From Candidatus Poribacteria bacterium (GTDB lineage Bacteria; Poribacteria; WGA-4E; WGA-3G): DNA of 64,000 nt. Positions 56,297-64,000 of this stretch are shown in pieces. Positions within the stretch are counted from its first letter, which is position 1. Every line of letters starts with the position of its first letter. Under the pieces are notes generated by a model. The model did no database searches. It had not been told where the DNA came from and saw only the letters and a list, made by a program, of their open reading frames with translations. Location: assembly GCA_965204285.1 (NCBI GenBank), contig OZ241980.1, forward strand, positions 160,235 through 224,234, given 5' to 3'. The position numbers and the translations under genes are program-made.

Positions 56297-57391
56297 TCAT
56301 TTTTCTATTTTATTCAACTGTTGTTTTAAGTTTTTCAACGCATCTGGAACGTCCGGTTTACCGGGATGAAAAATCACCTCAGGTGGAACAATCTGTCTCG
56401 GACGGTTCGGTGGTTTGTAGAACCATCGCAGAGCAATCTGGTATCTTGGGCCTTGGAAATAGTGTATCTCAACAGGATGAAATCCCGCTGAAAGCGTGTG
56501 ATAGGCTCTTATGCTTCGTGGACCGTGAGTTCCATCATTGTCAACAACTAAATTTCCGTTAATGTATAACTTTGCCCCATCATCTGAAAGCAGCTCAAAC
56601 ATATATGTGCCGGGCGTATCCACTGCCAATTTGCCACGGAAATGTATAGCAAAGTTTTCAAGTACAGTTTGCTTCTGAGGTGTAGGAAATCCTTCAGTAT
56701 AAGGTCTGGCAGGGACATCCAAATTAGCTGCTGCAAAAGTGTAAAGGGGAGTTATCCGTTTAAAATCAGGCATAAAATGAATTGGACCACCGGGAATGTA
56801 GACCTGACCAATTAATCCGTGTCCAGGTTTTACATCAGAGTCAAAGATACCGAGCCCCATGATGCCCTCATCCAAACCTATTGAAGGGAGATCATCTACA
56901 CCTGTTCCACGTGACAATCCTTTGCCGATGCCGGTGCCTGAGCCGCCACGCCCAGGACCACGTGCGTTTCCGCCTGCTCCACGGTATTCAGGGACGACAA
57001 CAGGTCCCGCTGCTTCAGCATCTTTCCCGAAACTCGTGTTTGGTAGTGAGGCAGCATCCGTTTGTGGTATATCAGCAAAAGTGACTATTTCAGGTGCAAC
57101 ATCATCAAAAACCGGTGCTTTTGGAGGGTTCATCTCCGAGTCATACTTTGGGGCTGCGCGCGAAAGGGCAGGAGACCCGCTATCGGTACGCCGCTTCGGT
57201 TCCACCGCTTTGTGTTGGCGCATGACACGCCGTTCCACCCGCTCAGGAGTACTCGCCTTAAAAAACGTAAGTGAGATCTTATTATCTGTTTCATTGATAT
57301 GTTTTACCAAAAACGGTGATAAAATTAACAGCAAAACGAAATGTATCCCTAAAGAAATTAGAAGAGAGATTTTGCTTCTCTGTTTTTTCAT
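56297..57391 (-). CDS. Inner-membrane-anchored TonB-like N-terminus with a Pro/Gly-rich linker and a C-terminal PA14 domain
   Basis: TM helix ISLLISLGIHFVLLLILSPFL. PA14 signature: GLIGQVY...ENFAIHFRGKLAVDTPGTYMFELLSDDGAKLYINGNLVVDNDG...LSAGFHPVEIHYFQGPRYQIALRWFY. Confidence 0.75.
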   Translation of the reverse strand: MKKQRSKISLLISLGIHFVLLLILSPFLVKHINETDNKISLTFFKASTPERVERRVMRQHKAVEPKRRTDSGSPALSRAAPKYDSEMNPPKAPVFDDVAPEIVTFADIPQTDAASLPNTSFGKDAEAAGPVVVPEYRGAGGNARGPGRGGSGTGIGKGLSRGTGVDDLPSIGLDEGIMGLGIFDSDVKPGHGLIGQVYIPGGPIHFMPDFKRITPLYTFAAANLDVPARPYTEGFPTPQKQTVLENFAIHFRGKLAVDTPGTYMFELLSDDGAKLYINGNLVVDNDGTHGPRSIRAYHTLSAGFHPVEIHYFQGPRYQIALRWFYKPPNRPRQIVPPEVIFHPGKPDVPDALKNLKQQLNKIEK

Positions 57392-57446
57392 CGATCAATC
57401 TACCCCATTATTTGTGTTACAGAAACAACTGAATTTTAAACAAATC

Positions 57447-59753
57447 CTAAAAACTGTAGAAAAACATAAAATTGAATTGAATACCTTGCTCAGATTCAAA
57501 TGCTTTTGCAACATTGAATCTTAAAATATCAACCTCTGATGCAATCTGTAGACCGATACCAGCGCTTGCTTTCGGTTTAAACTTCCAACCACTGTCCAAT
57601 TCATTCCATACCTGTGCCTGATCATAGAGGAGTACCAAATGCCAGTTTTTCAGAATATTAATGTTGTTAATATCAATATTGGGTAAACCTAAAAGTAATT
57701 CGATATTAAATAGATAACCTTCATCTCCAGCAAAAGTATATAACGGATATCCGTTCAGTGTACCAATTCCACCAATAATAAACTGGCGTTGGATCGGTAA
57801 GAGTGCTGTACCGCTATGATCTTCAGCAGGTTTGCCAACAACTGAACTCATCACAAATCGGGAGCGGAGTTGATTATTACCGAAGGGATAAGCATTTCGC
57901 AGATGTGTTTGAAAACGAGTCCAGTTAAAATCAGATCCGAAGTTGCGGTTGCTATGTTCAACGAGGAAAGTATTGTGCCAACCGAGGTAATTGTTTCGGT
58001 TCTTATAATCGGTTTTGAACCGAATACTGTGCATGTTGCCTGGTGTGATTACAAGGTTTTCTCGCACTTTTGATGATGACCGCCAGTTGAGAAGATGCCA
58101 ATCAGTCGTTTTTTGGAGGCTGTCGTGTGTTTCCCAAACCAGTGAGACAACTGAATAAATTGCTCTATTCAGTTGCCCATGCAACGCTATCTCTGCGCCC
58201 TTTCTCAAATAGTAGTCTTGATGATCTGGCACTCCAAATAGGCGTAGAAACAATGCCCCTGTCTCATTATAGCCAGCGTAAAGATCCGGTGCAATTGTAG
58301 TTGTTGCGCGCTGGAACTGTGCGGTTAACCCTAAGTTCCAATTGTTGTGTTTACCCCAAATTCGGTTACCACCAACACGGTAATAGAGTTCTTTATTTCC
58401 GAATCCGTAGCCAAACTGGGCAAAGAGTTTTGAGTTATCTTTTTCAATTGGAATGTTAGAATACCAGTCGAATTCAAATGGGGTGATACCTTTCCTATTT
58501 TGAAAGCGCGATCCGGTTTCAACACGAGCACCAAGTTCCCAGCCAGTGACACGATTAAATCCTATTCGTGGAATTGTATTTATATACCCCCTAAAAGATA
58601 GCGGTTTCTCATCAACAGAAATTACTGCAATCCGTTGTTGACCATTTTTTTTAATTCCAACGTGAGCATCTTCAAATTCCGGGATAGACTTAGACAGTTT
58701 CTGTGTAGCCTCTTCAATTTCTATAGGTCCATTTTCAAGTGCCATTATTATCGTGTCAATTTCAATGGACTGATTTCCCTCAACCTGAATCTCGTCAATG
58801 ACGTTTCCGTCGTGGGTTAGATACCTCTTTGAAAGCGGTATTAGACCGTCTTCATCTGGTATATCATCCAGGTGTATTTTTACCCACTTTTCACCCGTAT
58901 TCACGGTGACTTTTTGCACAAATTTCGCCACATCTGAATTCGATAATTTTTTTAACAATACCGTCAGGTCTTCTGAACCTTCTTTAGGTACGATATTTCC
59001 GAAAAAAACGTCTTTTACCGCATTCACTCTCTCTTTATGGTTGATGCCCTCAGTTTTCGTCCGTGATTGTATCTGAATCTCTTGAATTGGTTGTCCACGA
59101 TAAGTCCAATCTGCAAAATGCGTCTCTTGCACTGATCCTGAAAACTGGACAAACGGGTTTGATGAATCTTTTGAAATACGAAACATAGTTACCGGCTTTT
59201 TATCCAGCAATATCTCTTCAGTCTCTGATATCACTGTTTCCGTCTCAACACTTGGTAACTCAATGGTTTCACCGAGCGCTCTCAATTCAGGTATCCAAAT
59301 ACCGATTACATTTAGGTTTGCTAACAGTTCACCTATTCGTTCTTTTGGAATCTGTCCAACGACGTTGAGCAGATGTACCCCTGTCCTACCCTTGACAACA
59401 GCAAAGATACCTCTGCAGATATTTTCTGATGCCGTTTCGGTAAGAATAGAAATTTGCCGGTTTTCATCCTTAGCGAAACTTTCCCATTCATTATCCTGTA
59501 ACTTCTCACTATAATATCGTACAAATTTGTCAAAAAGACCATCTTTAGTATCGTACGTGTGGACATATAGATTTTCAACAGCATTAAAAGGTTCGTCAGT
59601 GGAGATAAGCGAGATCAATTCTCGATCCAAGTTAAATTGAAACATTGCACGCGGCACATCAGGACAATCAAATGGGATCGCTCCATTAGGTGATTGTGCA
59701 TGCAATAGTGCTGTTCCTGTAAGTAGCAGGAATGCAAAAATAGTTATCTTCAT
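57447..59753 (-). CDS. Omp85/BamA-superfamily outer membrane protein, paralogue A
   Basis: ATG at 59753 gives the signal peptide MKITIFAFLLLTGTALLHAQ. The ORF-track GTG at 59780 is less likely. The architecture matches paralogue B. A POTRA-like segment (IDEIQVEGNQSIEIDTI) is present. The barrel ends in FNFMFFYSF*. Confidence 0.8.
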   Translation of the reverse strand: MKITIFAFLLLTGTALLHAQSPNGAIPFDCPDVPRAMFQFNLDRELISLISTDEPFNAVENLYVHTYDTKDGLFDKFVRYYSEKLQDNEWESFAKDENRQISILTETASENICRGIFAVVKGRTGVHLLNVVGQIPKERIGELLANLNVIGIWIPELRALGETIELPSVETETVISETEEILLDKKPVTMFRISKDSSNPFVQFSGSVQETHFADWTYRGQPIQEIQIQSRTKTEGINHKERVNAVKDVFFGNIVPKEGSEDLTVLLKKLSNSDVAKFVQKVTVNTGEKWVKIHLDDIPDEDGLIPLSKRYLTHDGNVIDEIQVEGNQSIEIDTIIMALENGPIEIEEATQKLSKSIPEFEDAHVGIKKNGQQRIAVISVDEKPLSFRGYINTIPRIGFNRVTGWELGARVETGSRFQNRKGITPFEFDWYSNIPIEKDNSKLFAQFGYGFGNKELYYRVGGNRIWGKHNNWNLGLTAQFQRATTTIAPDLYAGYNETGALFLRLFGVPDHQDYYLRKGAEIALHGQLNRAIYSVVSLVWETHDSLQKTTDWHLLNWRSSSKVRENLVITPGNMHSIRFKTDYKNRNNYLGWHNTFLVEHSNRNFGSDFNWTRFQTHLRNAYPFGNNQLRSRFVMSSVVGKPAEDHSGTALLPIQRQFIIGGIGTLNGYPLYTFAGDEGYLFNIELLLGLPNIDINNINILKNWHLVLLYDQAQVWNELDSGWKFKPKASAGIGLQIASEVDILRFNVAKAFESEQGIQFNFMFFYSF

Positions 59754-59905
59754 GGCGGATATTGACAGTAACTCACCCACTCCAACGTTGATCTGTTGTG
59801 AATCAAGCAGTATCTATGGATTCATACCGAAAGGATTATCGTTAATACAAAATATTAATGATAAAGTTACAAACCTAAACGAGTATTTTCGCTATGGTGT
59901 TTACA

Positions 59906-59935
59906 ATTTTAACAGATTAAGGGTTTTGTTGTCAA
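59906..59935 (-). promoter_or_regulatory. Candidate promoter for the Omp85 operon
   Basis: The minus strand reads TTGACA (59930-59935), an 18-nt spacer, then TAAAAT. Confidence 0.3.
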
Positions 59936-60144
59936 ATTTTGGCGTTTATATTATCAACTCCGAGGTAAATAAGTGAAAAGATTTAGCATCATTTCGCAGT
60001 TCTGGTTTCGCGAGTGAGATCTAAACTTATAAAATAACTCAAATTGCTACCTACAAGATTTTAGACAGGCAAACACCGTTTTTAATAGAGGATATTCATA
60101 TTTTGCAAGATTTCGTAGGGTAAACTGTCAGTTTGCGCACTAAG

Positions 60145-60435
60145 ATGCACAATCTAAATGAAGATTAAATAAATATTTCGGTAATTTCTTTAGTCCCGTA
60201 GGGACGATATGTTTATAGAAATGTGAAGGACCACCTTTCTTGAGTTCCGTAGGAACGGTATATTTATTGTTGATGTGCTTTAAAACATATCGTCCCTACG
60301 GGACTAAGGGAGGTGATGGTCTCTGCTGCTATAAACATATCGTCCCTACGGGACTGAAAGCTTAACATATTCCGAATATGCATAATAGGAAATTACCGAA
60401 TTAATAAATTAATCTTCATACAGTTTGTGCTACAT
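60145..60435. repeat. Imperfect palindrome of about 290 nt containing four copies of a 25-nt sub-repeat
   Basis: The left arm ATGCACAATCTAAATGAAGATTAAATAAATATTTCGGTAATTTC...AGTCCCGTAGGGACGATATGTTTAT matches the reverse complement of the right arm apart from a ~30-nt indel. Sub-repeats are direct at 60192-60217 and 60243-60268, and inverted at 60281-60305 and 60331-60355. Confidence 0.75.
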
Positions 60436-60513
60436 AGGTGGCAACTTGGATTAAAATAATGTAATATATTTGGACAGATTTTTAGTTATGCTTGTACAGG
60501 AACCATCTGATAA

Positions 60514-60544
60514 GAAAAAAGGCACGCATGGGGATCGTGTGCCT
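60514..60544 (-). terminator. Intrinsic terminator (member of the GCGTGCCTTTTT hairpin family)
   Basis: The minus strand reads AGGCACAC-GATCCCCAT-GCGTGCCT followed by TTTTTT. It lies downstream of the gene ending at 60628. Confidence 0.6.
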
Positions 60545-60627
60545 AAGGTAAGCTCTTGGTCAAGTCGATACGGTATTGGAATGAGTGGCAGCTTATGTAG
60601 TAGTGGATTACCGTTCGCTACATCACT

Positions 60628-60915
60628 TTATGTATGCTGTTGGGTGCTGATGACGTTAGACTTAGTTTCAGAATCATCGCTATTTTTATCAGGTGTGTCT
60701 GGTTGTTCTGTGTCCGTAAGGTCTATTTGGGGCATTTCTACTTGTTCTGCTCCTGAAGGTTTTTCCATGCGCTGCATTTCCACTCCGGGGTCAGTATCCA
60801 CGGGTTGGAGGTAAGCCATTTGGTTTTGGAACCACAAAAAGCATCCCAGTGTAAAGATTAGTATGAAACAAGTTCCACCGAGAATCCAATTTTCTATTGT
60901 AAATTCTTTTAACAT
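60628..60915 (-). CDS. Small membrane-anchored acidic protein
   Basis: An RBS (AGGAG) lies about 6 nt upstream. TM helix ILGGTCFILIFTLGCFLWF is followed by an acidic tail. A terminator lies downstream. Confidence 0.55.
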   Translation of the reverse strand: MLKEFTIENWILGGTCFILIFTLGCFLWFQNQMAYLQPVDTDPGVEMQRMEKPSGAEQVEMPQIDLTDTEQPDTPDKNSDDSETKSNVISTQQHT

Positions 60916-61228
60916 CTTTTTCTCCTATTCATATCTTCTGCGGTATCCGCTGAATTTTGACACTTTATTTAAATTATCTCGGTTAATCATTAGACAAGTA
61001 AAGGAACATTGTGTTCACGAAAACTAATTATTTGATATTCGGATTTTCAATCAATTCTTCTTTCCTTTAAACCTTCTGTTATTAAAGACGCATTTGTAAA
61101 CAAAAAGATTGCACTTTTTCAGAAAAATATGCATTTTTTCGGTAAAAAAGTGATTTTTGTGTGATTTTTTTATGAAAAGTCAATAAAATCAGATTTTGGA
61201 ACGTGTTGACAAGCAGATTTTTGTTAAA

Positions 61229-61255
61229 TAAAAAGGCACGCATCAAAGCGCGCCT
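61229..61255 (-). terminator. Intrinsic terminator (same hairpin family)
   Basis: The minus strand reads AGGCGCGC-TTTGAT-GCGTGCCT followed by TTTTT. It lies about 75 nt after the stop at 61331. Confidence 0.65.
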
Positions 61256-61330
61256 AAATGATTATGAGATTTTATTGCCTTTCAAAAGTCATAGTGTTCA
61301 GGAATTTCAGTTAATAGAGGCGAATATTCG

Positions 61331-63529
61331 TTAGAATGACTTTTTTTCTACATCAGGGTCAAGTTCTTTTGCCTTTGCAAGGTCTGCTTTTGCTTCTTCA
61401 TGCTTGCTGAGTGCTTGCTTTGCCAGTCCTCGCTCGTAATAATAGAGGGCATCATCCGGTTTAATTCGTATAGCCTCATCAAAATCCTCAATTGCATCAT
61501 TATAGTCACCAAGAGCAGCTTTTGCTGTAGCACGAGTGTGGTAGGTGGCAGCACTTGGATTATCTTGTTGTAGACGAATTGCTTCATCACTGTCGACTAT
61601 TGCTGCGTGAAAAAGATTCTTGGCTTCTTCTGTATTTCCCTGATCGGTTTCTAATTGTCCAAGGAGATATTTCGTCCATCCTCTGCCATTATAGGCATCT
61701 GTGTATTTAGGGTCAAGTTTGAGGGTTTTAGTATAATCTTCAATAGATTGTTGATATAGGACTCTGGCTTCATCCATGTTCCCTTGACCTGCTTTTAATT
61801 TACCAAGACGGTAATTCGCTAAACCACGATTGTAGAAAGAAATAGCGTACTCTGGGTCAAGTTTAATGGATTCAGTATAATCTTCAATAGACTCTTGAAA
61901 GTATCCTTCAGCACCAGATACATCTCCATCATCCGCATTGGAAATACCAAGTCGTTGTTTTGCATACGCGCGTTGGAAGTAGCCAGTATCGCTCTTAGGA
62001 TTCAATTGAATTACTTTATCGTAATCCGAAATCGCTTCTTCATAATCGCTAAGTTCGCGTTTCGCAAGACCACGATTAAAGTAACAACTTCTATTCTCAG
62101 GGTCTAACGTGATGGCTTCAGAATAGTCATCAATTGCCTCTTGATAATATTTACGAGCATCAGTTTTTTCACCTTGTTTCGCTTTAGATCTACCGAGGTC
62201 ATACTTTGCACGCCCACGACTGTTGTATGCCTCGTCGTCTTTCGGGTTGGATTGTATGACTTTGTTGTAGTCTTCAATTGCGCCTTCATAGTCACGATTG
62301 AAACGTTTTACATCTCCTCGATATGAATAAACATTCAATAATGGGTTGGGTTCAGGATTTAGGCTGATCATTTTGTCAAAGTCTTCAATTGCGCCAGCAT
62401 AGTCGTCCAAGACAGCCCGTACATTTGCGCGAGCGAAATAGATTTCTGCTGCGTTCGGATTGAGTTTTAAGGCAATATTATAATCGGCAAGTGCCTCTTC
62501 TTGTTGTTCTGAATCAAATTTGGCAGCAAATTTTGCGGATGCTCTGATGACATAGGCCTGAGCAAAATCAGGATCAAGTTTGAGGGCAGCATCACAGTCA
62601 GCAATTGCCGCATTGTGTTGATCTAATGATAAGTTCGCGGCGGCTCGGTTGATATGTGCCTCTACAAAATCGGGATTAAGTTTGATGGCGGAATCACAGT
62701 CAACAATGGCATCTTCTGCTTCACCCATTAAAATCTTTAAGCCTGCACGATTGGCGTATATCTCCACTGAATTTGGATTGAGTTCAATTGCAGCATCAAG
62801 GCATTTTAACGCTTCCATGTGGTTACCTTGCCTCATATTCATCTGGGCTTGCACAACTTCGGCAAAACCTTGTACACGTGGAAGTTTTTGCCATTCATCC
62901 AACGACATCATTTCTACCGCGTTCGCGAGTAAAAACTGTAAAGCACTTACGGGAATCGCGTGACTCGTAGACAAAGTTGTTCCACCACTAAACATCAATA
63001 TGCTTGCGGCAGTACCAACAGCAACACCTATGACCTCACCCATGCTATTTAGGACAGCACCGCCACTATATCCGGGAGCAAAATCCTCTTTAATTTGTAA
63101 ACGTTTATCACTATGTCTAATGCCTTGCAGTGTGATTTGTGTAACTACACCTTCTTTTCCTCCAGGATACCCTACCGCACAAAAAATATCGCCAATCTGC
63201 ACTGTCCCACTATCGCCGAAGGGCAGCGGCGTTTCTGCACCAGCAACTTTTAAAATGACAAGGTCGTTTTCAACATCAAACGCCACCACACCTTCAATAG
63301 AGAATTCCGTTTTTGTACTAACGAGTTCCGCAAAAACGGACGGTGCTCCTGCAATACAGTGAATATTTGTTACAATTAGGTTTGGACCGACAAAGAATCC
63401 ACTACCCCGTGACCAGATAAGGCGTTTACCAGATTCTTCGTCAGTTTTTTGCCATACCACACGCACAACAGATTCTGTTAGGGCATTTTCTCCGATTTGC
63501 TGTAATTTTTCGTCTCTTGTTTCTTTCAT
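61331..63529 (-). CDS. Trypsin-like serine protease domain fused to a long TPR array
   Basis: N-terminal S1-like domain (GSGFFVGPNLIVTNIHC; DLVILKV; GYSGGAVLN) followed by about 14 TPR units (repeated A..Y..AI.L(N/D)P......Y..RG). Confidence 0.8.
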   Translation of the reverse strand: MKETRDEKLQQIGENALTESVVRVVWQKTDEESGKRLIWSRGSGFFVGPNLIVTNIHCIAGAPSVFAELVSTKTEFSIEGVVAFDVENDLVILKVAGAETPLPFGDSGTVQIGDIFCAVGYPGGKEGVVTQITLQGIRHSDKRLQIKEDFAPGYSGGAVLNSMGEVIGVAVGTAASILMFSGGTTLSTSHAIPVSALQFLLANAVEMMSLDEWQKLPRVQGFAEVVQAQMNMRQGNHMEALKCLDAAIELNPNSVEIYANRAGLKILMGEAEDAIVDCDSAIKLNPDFVEAHINRAAANLSLDQHNAAIADCDAALKLDPDFAQAYVIRASAKFAAKFDSEQQEEALADYNIALKLNPNAAEIYFARANVRAVLDDYAGAIEDFDKMISLNPEPNPLLNVYSYRGDVKRFNRDYEGAIEDYNKVIQSNPKDDEAYNSRGRAKYDLGRSKAKQGEKTDARKYYQEAIDDYSEAITLDPENRSCYFNRGLAKRELSDYEEAISDYDKVIQLNPKSDTGYFQRAYAKQRLGISNADDGDVSGAEGYFQESIEDYTESIKLDPEYAISFYNRGLANYRLGKLKAGQGNMDEARVLYQQSIEDYTKTLKLDPKYTDAYNGRGWTKYLLGQLETDQGNTEEAKNLFHAAIVDSDEAIRLQQDNPSAATYHTRATAKAALGDYNDAIEDFDEAIRIKPDDALYYYERGLAKQALSKHEEAKADLAKAKELDPDVEKKSF

Positions 63530-63748
63530 TGTAGTATTCCTTTGCTTCTACCTATAGACAAGGGAAGTTTGCAATTAGAGGCAAACGTCCATATTTCTTG
63601 AATTTATTGTAAGAGAAAATATTATTGTTTGGAAGGATTTACTTATAGGATAGTGTAAAAACAGGCAACTGTCAATGAAAATACCAAAAATTTTATGGGT
63701 GAGTGCTATGAAATTCCGATTTTGCTGTAATATTTTGCGGCGCAATAA

Positions 63749-63776
63749 GAAAAAGGCACGCATTGAAAGTGTCCCT
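63749..63776 (-). terminator. Intrinsic terminator (same hairpin family)
   Basis: The minus strand reads AGGGACAC-TTTCAAT-GCGTGCCT followed by TTTTTC. It lies downstream of the partial gene at the right edge. Confidence 0.5.
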
Positions 63777-63891
63777 AACGGAAATATAAAAACTTAATGA
63801 TGGAACGATTTCAATCGAAAAAAAGAAATAAACTTATCCTTTTCCTGAGTTTTCATCACTTAAATTCTTTGCCAAGATAAACTTTTGTGTA

Positions 63892-64000
63892 TTATTTCAG
63901 CGGCTGCGATTCCTTTAGAGTGTTATCTATTGCTACTAATGGGGCAATCATCATACCGCTTTGTATCCACTTCTGCGTGGTGTCACCATCACTGACACCT
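63892..64000 (-). CDS. 3' end of a minus-strand gene truncated by the window edge
   Basis: The minus frame is open from the window edge to TAA (plus-strand TTA at 63892-63894): ...DGDTTQKWIQSGMMIAPLVAIDNTLKESQPLK*. Confidence 0.3.
   Translation of the reverse strand, partial: GVSDGDTTQKWIQSGMMIAPLVAIDNTLKESQPLK

Noticed and set aside
56859-57524. 221-aa plus-strand ORF opposite the PA14 gene
   Set aside because: It is a Pro/Ser/Arg-rich mirror of the Pro/Gly linker on the coding strand. It runs across an intergenic gap into the next gene. The minus-strand ORF has clear TM and PA14 signatures.
60192-60355. CRISPR-like array (four ~25-nt repeats with a ~50-nt period)
   Set aside because: Two copies are direct and two are inverted, forming one large palindrome. 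The spacers are partly complementary to each other. The units are short and no cas genes are nearby.
60470-60814. 114-aa plus-strand ORF
   Set aside because: It overlaps the minus-strand 95-aa gene, which has an AGGAG RBS, a TM helix and a downstream terminator. The plus-strand ORF begins across that terminator hairpin and is Ser/Cys/Gly-rich.

Overview
This is a 64-kb bacterial chromosome segment with moderate, AT-leaning composition. The organism looks diderm, because Omp85/BamA-like, TolC-like and RND genes are present. I cannot assign a taxon from sequence alone.

Layout from left to right:
- A housekeeping block: mutS2, dnaG, a truncated sigma-70 duplicate, rpoD, then tRNA-Met and tRNA-Val.
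- An accessory stretch with an alternative sigma factor, tandem TolB-like beta-propeller paralogues, a 2,160-aa secreted giant protein and an orphan Cys/His-rich operon.
- A 3.0-kb IS1595-family transposon with perfect 25-bp inverted repeats and an 8-bp target duplication. It carries passenger genes.
- A variant carbamoyltransferase next to a threonine-synthase-like gene.
- A heavy-metal-type RND efflux operon.
- A type I restriction-modification island (hsdM, hsdS, then hicA, a HicB fusion, hsdR and a DUF45 gene), followed by an IS982 element.
- More secreted-protein genes, holA and tandem LamG paralogues.
- A four-gene envelope operon: Omp85, TonB-like/PA14, Omp85, DUF4159.
- A protease-TPR gene.

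Most interesting candidates:
1. A HicA toxin plus a 464-aa HicB-N-terminal fusion protein sit between hsdS and hsdR and are translationally coupled to hsdR.
2. Six secreted proteins share a short C-terminal motif of the form K-L-T-T-x-W-G-x-L-K-R.
3. The dual-Omp85/PA14/DUF4159 operon.
4. An intact sigma region-2-only mini-ORF lies between dnaG and rpoD.
5. Families of nested palindromic (REP/MITE-like) repeats, including a palindrome of about 290 nt.

All functional calls come from motif recognition by eye. No database search was possible.
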